This document shows, one piece after another, positions 27,903-36,537 of a DNA stretch of 64,000 nucleotides. A program made the position numbers and the translations under genes. The DNA is from Spirochaetota bacterium (GTDB lineage Bacteria > Spirochaetota > Spirochaetia > SPDA01 > JAJSAL01): NCBI GenBank assembly GCA_024274705.1, contig JAJSAL010000092.1, positions 3,006 to 67,005 of the forward strand. The letters run 5' to 3'. The number at the start of each line of letters is the position of its first letter. Position 1 is the first letter of the stretch. The notes beneath the pieces are model-generated. The model saw nothing but the letters and a program-made list of their open reading frames with translations, was not told the DNA's origin and did no database searches.

Positions 27903-28484
27903 ATGGGAATCCTGGTTTTTGGAGGTACATTCAATCCTCTTCATATCGGTCATATGTTTCTTGCAGAGGAACTTCACCTGACCTACAACTTCGACCCTAT
28001 ACTCTTTATTCCGTCGAATATTCCGGCTCACAAGGAAACGGATACATCGGTTAGTGCTGATCATAGACTCGCCATGCTTCGCCTGGCTGCAGAACTGTAT
28101 TCCTGGATGGAAGTAGACGATTGTGAGCAGCGTCGGGGGGGAGTCTCCTATACCATCGATACTATCCGCGAAGTGTATGCGAAACGCAACCCGGAAGAAA
28201 GAATATCTCTTCTTGTCGGTGATGATCTTATCGACGGGTTTTGTGATTGGAAGGAGGTTGACGCTCTTGCAGGAATGGTCGATATAGTGATTGCTAAAAG
28301 AACGTTGCCGGGGTTGCCCGATTTTCCCTTTGATCATACGGTCGTTGATAATCAGGTCCTCCCGATATCATCTTCAGATATAAGACGGCGCATTCGAAAC
28401 CACCGTGCTTACCGGTTTATTGTCCCGGAAGTTATCTTTCAGTACATAGAAAGGGAGGGAATCTATAAACAGTCTGACTGCTGA
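27903..28484 (+). CDS. nadD: Nicotinate-nucleotide adenylyltransferase
   Basis: GGTFNPLHIGH motif and ISSSDIRRRI near the C-terminus. Confidence 0.92.
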   Translation: MGILVFGGTFNPLHIGHMFLAEELHLTYNFDPILFIPSNIPAHKETDTSVSADHRLAMLRLAAELYSWMEVDDCEQRRGGVSYTIDTIREVYAKRNPEERISLLVGDDLIDGFCDWKEVDALAGMVDIVIAKRTLPGLPDFPFDHTVVDNQVLPISSSDIRRRIRNHRAYRFIVPEVIFQYIEREGIYKQSDC

Positions 28485-29037
28485 TATCGAGATATATCTT
28501 CGAAAGAATCTGTCGAAGAAGCGGTTAATCCATTCCCTGGCAACAGGAAAAACCGCCGAAACCCTGGCGGTACATTTCGGTGTTGATCCGCAAAAAGCTT
28601 ACCGTGCGGGTATCTCCCATGATATTGCCCGTGAAATTTCCCGTAAAAAGATGCGCAGATTGGCTGAAAAGAGTTATAAAGTTGAACAATGGGAGCTGGT
28701 TAAGCCGGCGATACTTCATGGAAAAGCCGGGGCTGTTATTCTCAGAGAGTGTTTTGGTATTACAGACAGGGAATTCCTTGAGGCAGTGAGCTGTCATACC
28801 ACGGGGATGCCTGGAATGAGCGATCTTGCTAAAATTGTGTATATAGCCGATTATATCGAACCGAACAGAAAACATGACGGTAAAACGATAGTGAACATGA
28901 ATGATGGTAGATCCCTGGAACAAGTCTTTAATGCCGTTGTTGAAGAAAAATACCGGTCCCTTTCAGCGGCACAAAAACAGCCGGCTCCGCCGACGGAGCT
29001 GCTTATGGAAGAAATAGTGTATAAAAGGCGTGATTAG
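28465..29037 (+). CDS. yqeK: HD-domain protein YqeK (bis(5'-nucleosyl)-tetraphosphatase family); non-canonical start, position uncertain
   Basis: The ORF track starts at ATG 28651, but the same frame is open from 28450 and encodes the conserved RLIHSL...GISHDIAREI (HD motif) upstream. Only near-cognate starts are available: ATA 28465 (6 nt after GGAGG), CTG 28474, ATC 28486. Confidence 0.72.
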   Translation: MNSLTADIEIYLRKNLSKKRLIHSLATGKTAETLAVHFGVDPQKAYRAGISHDIAREISRKKMRRLAEKSYKVEQWELVKPAILHGKAGAVILRECFGITDREFLEAVSCHTTGMPGMSDLAKIVYIADYIEPNRKHDGKTIVNMNDGRSLEQVFNAVVEEKYRSLSAAQKQPAPPTELLMEEIVYKRRD

Positions 29038-30242
29038 TGAGAAGGAAAAAAGGATTTGATAAAGGGCTGCTCATCGTACTTTTCATCGTTCTCGTGGTTG
29101 GTGCCACCGGGGTACTGCTGGTATTCAAACTGCGAACCGATAAGATCACGGAATCTCTGCAGAGCGGCACTCCTGTCACAGTAGCATTCTTCATTACAGA
29201 CCGGGAAGAACTCCTTTTCTCGGAAATTCTTTTTTATCATCCGCTAACTCACAAAGCTTCGATTCTGGACATGCCCGGGGAGGTGGGATCTATCATCAAA
29301 TCTCTGCAGAAAATCGAAAGAATCGATGTGCTTTTCAGTCCCTCAAAACCGGAGCTGTTCCTGGGTAAAATAGGTGAACTCATCGGTCAGGAAGTTCCTT
29401 ACTATATCATCCTGGATCTCGGAAACCTGGAGGCTGTAGTCGATATCCTCGAAGGATTGGAGATGTTCATCGCCAATCCGGTGGAATATGTCGACGAAGA
29501 CACAACGATTCTTCTCCCTTCCGGCAGTGTTATACTGGACGGCAGCAAAGTAACGACATATATTACATACGAAATATCAGAAGTGGAAACCGAACTGGAT
29601 AAAATCAGCAGAAAACAGAAATTTCTGCAGGCTTTGGTAAAAGAAATAGGGGAAAAGAACAGTTATCTCACAGATGACCATGTTTTCCCCCTTTTCCGGT
29701 CTCGTCTTGATACCAATCTCGATAAAAACTCTCTCATATCACTGATTCTGGAACTTTCCAAGCTCGATACAGAGAGAATCGTGTTCCAGAGAGTACTGGG
29801 TGTTGAAAGGAAAGTGGATGAGAACATACTTTTGTTTCCTCATTACGACGGCCGGCTGCTTAAAGAAACGGTCAGCCAAACCATGGAGTCCCTTGCGAAT
29901 ACAGAGTTGCTGGCAGAAGATGACCTGACAGTCAGTCTTCGAATATTGAACGGTACGGACCGGAACGGTCTGGCAGGGAGGACTTCCCAGATCTATAAGA
30001 GTTTCGGGTTCGATGTTATATCAGTTGGGAATGCGGATCAGGGAACCTATGACAAAACCGTTGTAATCGACCGTACCGGGGATATCACGAAAGCCCAAAA
30101 AGTAGCCAATGTTATCGGCTGTAGCAACATACAATCGGTGCAGGCTCTTGTTGATACAGAGTCATTTTTTTCAGAAGATGAGATCGAAACAGATGTTATT
30201 ATCGTTTTGGGGAAGGATTTTGATGGTAGATACTGCAAGTAA
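29037..30242 (+). CDS. LytR/CpsA/Psr (LCP) family protein with C-terminal LytR_C-like domain
   Basis: N-terminal TM, LCP core, and C-terminal LRILNGTDRNGLAGRTSQIYKSFGFDV. Conserved position in the obg-nadD-yqeK-lytR-rsfS cluster. Confidence 0.82.
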   Translation: MRRKKGFDKGLLIVLFIVLVVGATGVLLVFKLRTDKITESLQSGTPVTVAFFITDREELLFSEILFYHPLTHKASILDMPGEVGSIIKSLQKIERIDVLFSPSKPELFLGKIGELIGQEVPYYIILDLGNLEAVVDILEGLEMFIANPVEYVDEDTTILLPSGSVILDGSKVTTYITYEISEVETELDKISRKQKFLQALVKEIGEKNSYLTDDHVFPLFRSRLDTNLDKNSLISLILELSKLDTERIVFQRVLGVERKVDENILLFPHYDGRLLKETVSQTMESLANTELLAEDDLTVSLRILNGTDRNGLAGRTSQIYKSFGFDVISVGNADQGTYDKTVVIDRTGDITKAQKVANVIGCSNIQSVQALVDTESFFSEDEIETDVIIVLGKDFDGRYCK

Positions 30243-30612
30243 GAAGGAAACGGTACTAAAAATTGTCGAAGTGCTGGCGGAACACAAAGGAAATGATATC
30301 CTGGGTCTATCCATCGGGGATCACTGCAGCTGGACCGATTACTTCATCATCGTCACAGCCACGAGCACTGCACATCTTAAGAGTCTTCACAAATATGTGC
30401 GGCAGTTTCTCAGGAAGCATGGAATCGAACCTTTGAGTCGTCAGAAAGTCATAGAAGATGATACCTGGATTCTCATTGACTGCGGTTGTTTTGTCGTCCA
30501 CATCATGGACAAGGAAAAACGGCTGTTCTATGAGCTTGAAAAATTGTGGTACATGGGAGAGGTCATCTACCCGTCGAAGTCATCGAAGTCCAGTCCATCG
30601 TCATATTCGTAA
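30223..30612 (+). CDS. rsfS: Ribosome silencing factor RsfS
   Basis: MVDTASKKETVLKIVEVLAEHKGNDILGL...WTDYFIIVTATS...YELEKLW is typical iojap/RsfS. The start at ATG 30223 overlaps the LCP gene end. Confidence 0.88.
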   Translation: MVDTASKKETVLKIVEVLAEHKGNDILGLSIGDHCSWTDYFIIVTATSTAHLKSLHKYVRQFLRKHGIEPLSRQKVIEDDTWILIDCGCFVVHIMDKEKRLFYELEKLWYMGEVIYPSKSSKSSPSSYS

Positions 30613-30872
30613 TCTTCTTCTTCCTCGAAAAAGTCTTCGTCGTTATCCTCTTCTTCGTCTTCTTCTTCAAAATCGTCTTCCAGATCATCCTCTTCATATT
30701 CTTCTTTCTCTTCTTCGAATCCCTCTTCCTCGTCGAAGTCATCGTCGAAGTCATCGTCGAAGTCATCAAAATCGTCGTCAAAGTAATCATCTTCGTCGTC
30801 GTTGTTTATTTCGTCGGAGAAATAATTAAAAAGTTGATATGGTGCTACCTGCTTGTCCATGTCGGGCGTCAT
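30567..30872 (-). CDS. Hyper-acidic small protein (101 aa, Asp/Glu/Phe/Tyr-rich)
   Basis: ATG 30872-30870 is preceded by GGAGGG with a 5-nt spacer. It has a non-repetitive N-terminus MTPDMDKQVAPYQLFNYFS followed by an 82-aa D/E-rich tract. The 3' end overlaps rsfS by 46 nt (convergent). Confidence 0.6.
   Translation of the reverse strand: MTPDMDKQVAPYQLFNYFSDEINNDDEDDYFDDDFDDFDDDFDDDFDEEEGFEEEKEEYEEDDLEDDFEEEDEEEDNDEDFFEEEEDYEYDDGLDFDDFDG
30731..30766. repeat. 12-nt x 3 perfect tandem repeat within the acidic-protein gene
   Basis: CGTCGAAGTCAT repeated three times. Encodes the DDFD repeats on the minus strand. Confidence 0.9.
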
Positions 30873-30957
30873 TCTGTCCCTCCAGTAAATAGAATAACCT
30901 CTCCAAAAAACAATCTAATTGGAAGATCTCTTCCATGTCAACAGTTTCCCGAGGATG

Positions 30958-31440
30958 TCACGTTTTTTTTAAGCCCGTGAAAATTCCGAAAAGACCAAAA
31001 CTGAAATTCAGGGAATGATAAAAGGAGATCTCCAGTTCAGATACGGAAGAAGTGATATTCCGTCCTATGATGATCGTTGGAGGAGTGATATTACAGTTAA
31101 TATCCTGAGATGCGAATTTCATGGCGATACGGCCGGTGATCTGATTGACAACCTCTCCAAGGGACTCCCGGTGAAACTGGCCGAACTCTTTTTCTTCAGT
31201 GGTAATTTCCATTTTCCGGAGCATCTCTGCAATAAGACGCTGTGCTGTTTGAACAGATCCGGAAAGGAGGAGGAAGCCTTTCAACGCACCGGTAAAACCT
31301 ACGCTGGCCATCACTTCATAAACCCTTACATCAAGTTTCTCTTTTCGCATAGAAACAGCATCAAAAGTCATCTCGTTGAAGATTTCCATAACTGAAGCCG
31401 AAATAATACCGGGGTAATCAACACTGGTCATGTGGCTCAT
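30958..31440 (-). CDS. CheX-like chemotaxis phosphatase family protein
   Basis: 160 aa. GFTGALKGFLLLS and ESLGEVVNQITG (E-x-x-N) resemble the CheX/CheC-like fold motif. Confidence 0.7.
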   Translation of the reverse strand: MSHMTSVDYPGIISASVMEIFNEMTFDAVSMRKEKLDVRVYEVMASVGFTGALKGFLLLSGSVQTAQRLIAEMLRKMEITTEEKEFGQFHRESLGEVVNQITGRIAMKFASQDINCNITPPTIIIGRNITSSVSELEISFYHSLNFSFGLFGIFTGLKKT

Positions 31441-31515
31441 TATGGATCAAGGTATTCAGCATGTCAAACGGAAGTTTTGCCTTGAAAATGAATATGGAAG
31501 GAGGTAATATCCCAT

Positions 31516-32370
31516 ATGCAGATTGGAGATCTATACAAGCTGATCCGGATGGCACTGGAGGAAGACCTGGGTGAGGAGGGGGATGTTACATCCGGAGCTG
31601 TGTTCACGGATCAACGGGGCTATGCTTTTCTTCTGACCAGGGAACCGGCGGTCCTCGCAGGGTCATTCGTTTTCGAGGAAGTGTACAAAGCAGTTGATCC
31701 TGCGATAGAGGTTGTTTTTCACGAAAAAGAAGGAAACGCCATTCCCGGGAACACCGTCATTGCGGAGATCCGGGGTAAGACCGCCTCAATTCTTTCCGGG
31801 GAACGGACTGCACTCAATTTTCTTTCGTTCCTTTCCGGCATCGCGACGGAAACCCGCAAGTACGTCCAGGCTGCAGACGATAAAGGGAACGCGGTTATCC
31901 TGGATACCCGTAAAACACTTCCTGGATACAGGGAATTGTCAAAATACGCGGTACGTACAGGAGGAGGGAAGAATCACCGGATGGGGCTTTACGATATGGT
32001 GCTGATAAAAGACAATCATATCGATGCAGCAGGCTCTATAACAGAAGCCGTGGGAAGGGTACGTTCCCGGTGGGGGGACAGATTTACCATCGAAGTAGAG
32101 TGCCGGAATTGTAGTGAAGTACAGGAGGCCCTGGATGTACAGGCGAATATCATCATGTTGGATAACATGACGGCACAGGAATGTTCAGTGGCGGTCAAGC
32201 TAGGGACCGGGAAAGTGCTCTTCGAAGCTTCCGGTGACATGACCCCGGAAAGGGTGTCAGCCTACAGCGAGGCGGGAGTGGACTATATTTCAGTGGGAAG
32301 ACTGACGCATTCGGTGCGCTCCACCAATTTTTCTCTCCTGATCAACAAGGAAAAAGGATCGCAAGAGTGA
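31516..32370 (+). CDS. nadC: Nicotinate-nucleotide diphosphorylase (carboxylating)
   Basis: Typical NadC sequence (GERTALNFLSFLSGIAT, LDTRKTLPGYR, IMLDNM). Confidence 0.93.
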   Translation: MQIGDLYKLIRMALEEDLGEEGDVTSGAVFTDQRGYAFLLTREPAVLAGSFVFEEVYKAVDPAIEVVFHEKEGNAIPGNTVIAEIRGKTASILSGERTALNFLSFLSGIATETRKYVQAADDKGNAVILDTRKTLPGYRELSKYAVRTGGGKNHRMGLYDMVLIKDNHIDAAGSITEAVGRVRSRWGDRFTIEVECRNCSEVQEALDVQANIIMLDNMTAQECSVAVKLGTGKVLFEASGDMTPERVSAYSEAGVDYISVGRLTHSVRSTNFSLLINKEKGSQE

Positions 32371-33929
32371 TGAGGTATTTCGACGTTCTTATCATCGGCA
32401 GCGGTGTAGCCGGCCTGTCCGCCGCATTGACAGCAGCAGAACAGGGGCTGGAAGTATGTGTTCTTTCCAAAGAAGAGCGGTTTGAAGAAAGCAACAGTTA
32501 TTATGCGCAAGGGGGGATCGTGTACAAAGGAGAAAACGATTCTCCCTCGGTTCTGGAAAAAGACATCATCACTGCCGGAGATAATGCAAACTATGTCGCT
32601 GCCGTCAGGATGATTGCATCCGAAGGGCCGGACCTTGTGAAAGAGTATCTCATCGATAAGATCGGAATACCCTTCTGCAGGGACGATAGCGGTGACCTGG
32701 ACCGGACTCAGGAGGCTGCCCACAGCGTGCGCCGCATCGTACATGTAAAAGACGAAACCGGTAAAGCTATTGAAACGCATTTCTTCGAATACGTTAAGCG
32801 ATTCAGGAACATCCATCTCATCGGTCATCACTCGGCCATAGATATTATAACCAACTGTCACCATTCGTCCGATTTTCAGGAAAAATACCGGGAACCCCGG
32901 GCTCTCGGTGTATATGCTCTGGATGGAATCAGCGGGGAAGTAAAGGCTTTTTTTGCAAACGCCGTCATCCTTGCTACCGGAGGAGTAGGTAATATTTTTC
33001 TCCATACATCCAATCCGGTTGGTGCCATGGGAGACGGTGTTGCCATGGCATACCGGGCAGGGGCGAACATCATCAATGCCGAGTATGTTCAGTTCCATCC
33101 TACCATACTGTATCACCGGGACATTAAACGTTTTCTCATCTCCGAGTCATTGAGAGGGGAAGGTGCAAAGCTGATGAACCGTAAAGGTGATTATTTCATG
33201 CGCCGGTACAACAGTGATTTGAAAGATCTCGCGCCACGGGATGAAGTTGCCAGGGCTATTTACCGGGAAATCGAAATAGAAGGCGATGGTTTTGTCTTTC
33301 TGGATACCAGCAACATGAACGATGTTGATATCGCAGAGAGGTTTCCCGGGATCTATGCCAGGTGTATGGAGGTAGGGATTGATATTACGAAAGATGCGAT
33401 ACCTGTTGTACCTGCTGCTCATTATTTTTGCGGAGGAATAAAAGTAGATCTGAATGGAAGGACCAGTATTCCGTCTCTCTATGCAATCGGTGAGAGTGCC
33501 TGCACCGGCGTCCACGGAGCAAACAGGCTCGCTTCTGTTTCTCTTCTGGAAGCCCTGGTTTACGGACTGCGTGTAGGAAGGTATGTGTCAGGTAAACTGA
33601 AGCCGGTTAAGAAATCTCTTATGCGTAGCATTCCCAGCTGGATTTATCCGGATGATGAAGAAGAATTCGACCCTCTGCTCATAAGCAACGATCTCCTTAC
33701 CATTCAAATGACTATGTGGAATTATGCAGGTATTATCAGGACCAGACGGCGTCTTTTAAGGGCCATGTCGGATCTTTCCTATTTAAGCCACCGAATCGAA
33801 CGGTTTTACAAAACCGCCCGTATATCCCGGGACATTATAGAGCTTAGAAATGCCATTCTGGTTGGAGGGGTCATCGTGAAATCCGCTTTTGGAAATAAAA
33901 AATCGATTGGCTGCCATTTTATACGGTAG
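32367..33929 (+). CDS. nadB: L-aspartate oxidase
   Basis: FAD motif DVLIIGSGVAGLSAA, HPT and GANRLASVSLLE motifs. 4-nt overlap with nadC. Confidence 0.93.
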   Translation: MMRYFDVLIIGSGVAGLSAALTAAEQGLEVCVLSKEERFEESNSYYAQGGIVYKGENDSPSVLEKDIITAGDNANYVAAVRMIASEGPDLVKEYLIDKIGIPFCRDDSGDLDRTQEAAHSVRRIVHVKDETGKAIETHFFEYVKRFRNIHLIGHHSAIDIITNCHHSSDFQEKYREPRALGVYALDGISGEVKAFFANAVILATGGVGNIFLHTSNPVGAMGDGVAMAYRAGANIINAEYVQFHPTILYHRDIKRFLISESLRGEGAKLMNRKGDYFMRRYNSDLKDLAPRDEVARAIYREIEIEGDGFVFLDTSNMNDVDIAERFPGIYARCMEVGIDITKDAIPVVPAAHYFCGGIKVDLNGRTSIPSLYAIGESACTGVHGANRLASVSLLEALVYGLRVGRYVSGKLKPVKKSLMRSIPSWIYPDDEEEFDPLLISNDLLTIQMTMWNYAGIIRTRRRLLRAMSDLSYLSHRIERFYKTARISRDIIELRNAILVGGVIVKSAFGNKKSIGCHFIR

Positions 33930-33980
33930 ACCCATGCAGGGTTTGACAGGAACATCCATATGTGTATATGATGGCGGATT

Positions 33981-34865
33981 ATGGGGAAGGAGGCCGTTGT
34001 CCTTGCGCCTGGGAAGGTGAATCTTCACCTCGAGGTACTCGGAAAAAGGCAGGACGGGTTTCATGACATTGTCTCCCTTTTTCAGGTCGTTGATCTCTGC
34101 GACAGATTGACGGTACGATCTTTGACAGACAGTTCAGAATGCGTTATCCATGGGATGGGGAACATTCCTCCCGGGGAAAACAGCATATATCGGGCAGCCC
34201 GGCTTTTTAAAGGCAAGTGTGGACTGGATACCGGCATTGCAGTTAGTGTTGAGAAAAACATACCCGCCGGTGCAGGACTCGGAGGGGGTTCTTCAGATGC
34301 CGCAGGCGTACTCATCGGGTTGAACGCCTTGTTTGATTATCCTCTTACAGAGCAGGAACTCGCAGGGCTGGGAGGGCAGGTTGGAAGCGATGTACCCTTT
34401 TTTCTTCTGGCCTCAACTGCTCTCGTTACCGGCAGAGGAGAATATGTACGGCCTATCGAAGGTCGAACCGACTTTTCCCTGGTTCTGGTATTTCCCGGCT
34501 TTTCCGTATCTACTCCGTCTGCGTACAGGGCACTTTCCAGGCTGCCCGGCGAGACGATATCTCCCAGGCTGAGTCCTATGGAGGTACTTCGATGTTATAC
34601 CTCGGAGCATCCTCCGGTATGGCCGTTTTTTAATTCGTTTACCGATCACCTTGTCAGCAGATACGGCTCCATTAAGGACATCCTGGTCCGGTTGAAGAAT
34701 TACGGAGCCTTATATACAGCAATATCAGGAAGCGGAAGTACTGTTTTTGGGATATTTCCAAACGATTCTCTGGCGGAAAAAGTATCAATGAAACTTAAGT
34801 CGGAATATCCTTCCATTTGGACAATACATCCACTTGATAGAAGGATATCCCCTGTATTAGAATAA
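33981..34865 (+). CDS. ispE: 4-diphosphocytidyl-2-C-methyl-D-erythritol kinase
   Basis: [11 protein letters not shown] start region and GHMP kinase motif [14 protein letters not shown]. Confidence 0.9.
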   Translation: MGKEAVVLAPGKVNLHLEVLGKRQDGFHDIVSLFQVVDLCDRLTVRSLTDSSECVIHGMGNIPPGENSIYRAARLFKGKCGLDTGIAVSVEKNIPAGAGLGGGSSDAAGVLIGLNALFDYPLTEQELAGLGGQVGSDVPFFLLASTALVTGRGEYVRPIEGRTDFSLVLVFPGFSVSTPSAYRALSRLPGETISPRLSPMEVLRCYTSEHPPVWPFFNSFTDHLVSRYGSIKDILVRLKNYGALYTAISGSGSTVFGIFPNDSLAEKVSMKLKSEYPSIWTIHPLDRRISPVLE

Positions 34866-34903
34866 GGTTGATCTGCGCCGTATTGCAAAAAGAGGAGGCC
34901 TCC

Positions 34904-35170
34904 ATGGAGATAACCGACATTCGTATCAGAAAGGTGGAAGCAGATGGAAAGCTGAAAGCTTACGTAACCGTAACATTCGATGATTGTTTTGTTGTACACA
35001 ACGTAAAAATTATCGAAGGGAAAAGCGGAACATTCATTGCCATGCCAAGCCGTAAGACAAAGACGGGCGAATACAAAGACGTTGCGCATCCAATCAATTC
35101 TGATTTTAGACAAGCTCTCCAGGATAAAATATTGGAGGCATTCGAAAAGAGCTCTGAAGTAATCGAATAA
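34904..35170 (+). CDS. spoVG: Septation/regulatory protein SpoVG
   Basis: [39 protein letters not shown] is highly characteristic. ATG 34904 follows AGAGGAGG. Confidence 0.9.
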   Translation: MEITDIRIRKVEADGKLKAYVTVTFDDCFVVHNVKIIEGKSGTFIAMPSRKTKTGEYKDVAHPINSDFRQALQDKILEAFEKSSEVIE

Positions 35171-35201
35171 TACAAAACGTTCAGCCAACTAACTATATTA
35201 G

Positions 35202-35273
35202 TGGGACGTCGGCAAGTGGTAAGCCACATGGTTTTGGTCCATGCATGCGCAGGTTCGAATCCTGCCGTCCCAG
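35202..35273 (+). tRNA. tRNA-Gln (anticodon TTG)
   Basis: Acceptor TGGGACG/CGTCCCA, anticodon stem CATGG/CCATG with loop TTTTGGT, T-arm GCAGG-TTCGAAT-CCTGC. Confidence 0.85.
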
Positions 35274-35319
35274 AGTGATTAAAAACAGGAATAATCCGAA
35301 AAGATAAGGAGCAATAACC

Positions 35320-35958
35320 ATGGAGCAGAAAACCTTAAACGGTTCTGTGAGAAGTGATTTTAAAAAACGGGCCTCCCGCAGGCTCAGGAAAGAAGGAAAA
35401 ATACCCGCAATCGTGTATGGTCATACCGGGTCTCATCCGGTAGCTGTGGATGCCCATGAATTCAGTTCCAAGTTCCATACCGTTTCTGAAAATACTATCA
35501 TCAGCCTCAAGACGGGAAAAAAGACATATGATGTCCTGGTGAAAGATTTTCAGGAAAATATTTTAACCGGTATGATTACTCATATCGATTTCTACGAAAT
35601 TGAAAGGGGAAAAGTTCTTAAAGCCCATATACCCATCCGCCTGGAAGGCGTTTCTCCTGGTGTGCGGGAGGGAGGAATCCTGGATCATCCCCTTCACGAT
35701 GTGGAAGTGGAATGTTTGCCCAAAGATTTACCCGGTAGTATCGTAGTCGATATCAGCCCCCTGAATGTGGGTGATTCTGTACATGTTTCCGACCTGGAGC
35801 CGCCGAAAGGAGTGAAATTTCTCATTTCACCTGAAAACGTGGTCGTGTCGGTTACCCATAAAAAGGCTGAGATTCTGCCTGAAGAGGAAGAAGAGCTCGA
35901 GGAAGAGATGGGTGAAGAAGAAGCCGCTGCAGAAGGTACAGAGGAAAGCGGGGAATAG
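35320..35958 (+). CDS. rplY: 50S ribosomal protein L25/general stress protein Ctc
   Basis: RRLRKEGKIPAIVYG, HIDFYEI and an acidic C-terminal tail. 212 aa long form. Confidence 0.9.
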   Translation: MEQKTLNGSVRSDFKKRASRRLRKEGKIPAIVYGHTGSHPVAVDAHEFSSKFHTVSENTIISLKTGKKTYDVLVKDFQENILTGMITHIDFYEIERGKVLKAHIPIRLEGVSPGVREGGILDHPLHDVEVECLPKDLPGSIVVDISPLNVGDSVHVSDLEPPKGVKFLISPENVVVSVTHKKAEILPEEEEELEEEMGEEEAAAEGTEESGE

Positions 35959-35961
35959 CAT

Positions 35962-36537
35962 CTGTCCCTTCTCGTTATTGGTTTAGGGAATCCCGGGAAG
36001 GAGTATTCCCTGAACCGGCATAACATAGGTTTTCACGTCGCAGACCGCATTGCAGAACTGACTGGTACTCATCTTAAAAAGAAGTTTCTTCGGAAATTCA
36101 TGCTGGGCAGAGAAGAGATTGAAGGAACAGACTTTGCCGTGGCTAAACCTCTCACTTTCATGAACCGAAGCGGTGAAGTTATGCTTCCCCTTATGCGGGT
36201 TTGCAGTATGACAGTTTCAGATCTGATCATCGTCTGTGATCACCTGGACCTGCCGCCGGGTCAATGTCGTCTTAAACGGAAGGGCTCCAGTGCGGGTCAT
36301 AACGGTCTCAAATCAGTAATCCATGCCCTGGGAACTGAATATTTCATGAGACTGTATATCGGAATCGGCCGGCCGAAAAGCTATATTTCAGTTATAGAGC
36401 ATGTTTTGGGTGATCCGGACAGAGAAGAATCGATACTTTATGAAACTGCAGTCGAGCAGGCTGCTCAGGGGATTCTGAAACTCCTGACTGAACCGGTTGA
36501 ATATGTGATGAATGAGATCAATCGAAAAGATGGGTAA
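35962..36537 (+). CDS. pth: Peptidyl-tRNA hydrolase, probable CTG start
   Basis: The conserved N-terminus LLVIGLGNPGKEYSLNRHNIGF (with the catalytic His region) lies upstream of the first ATG (36100). The only in-frame candidate before it is CTG 35962, one codon after the rplY TAG and in the same frame. Confidence 0.78.
   Translation: MSLLVIGLGNPGKEYSLNRHNIGFHVADRIAELTGTHLKKKFLRKFMLGREEIEGTDFAVAKPLTFMNRSGEVMLPLMRVCSMTVSDLIIVCDHLDLPPGQCRLKRKGSSAGHNGLKSVIHALGTEYFMRLYIGIGRPKSYISVIEHVLGDPDREESILYETAVEQAAQGILKLLTEPVEYVMNEINRKDG

Noticed and set aside
28580-28923. ORFs 28580-28789 (+) and 28525-28923 (-) around yqeK
   Set aside because: Out of frame with, or antisense to, the YqeK reading frame, which carries the HD-domain motifs.
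30731-30766. Short tandem repeats considered as a possible CRISPR or minisatellite
   Set aside because: Only three 12-nt units with no spacers, lying inside a coding tract. No CRISPR-like repeat-spacer architecture exists anywhere in the window.
30458-30980. Plus-strand ORFs 30458-30829 and 30546-30980 (Ser/Arg/His-rich and Phe/Val/Ile-rich)
   Set aside because: They are alternative-frame or antisense readings of the GAA/GAT-rich low-complexity tract. They have no SD and implausible composition. The minus-strand acidic ORF has a strong SD and a normal N-terminus.
32283-33116. 277-aa minus-strand ORF
   Set aside because: Entirely antisense to nadC/nadB, which have clear family motifs. Shadow ORF.
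3976-35273. Two tRNA-Gln genes considered as a possible duplication or att-site pair
   Set aside because: They differ in anticodon (CTG versus TTG) and throughout their stems, so they are ordinary isoacceptors rather than repeats.
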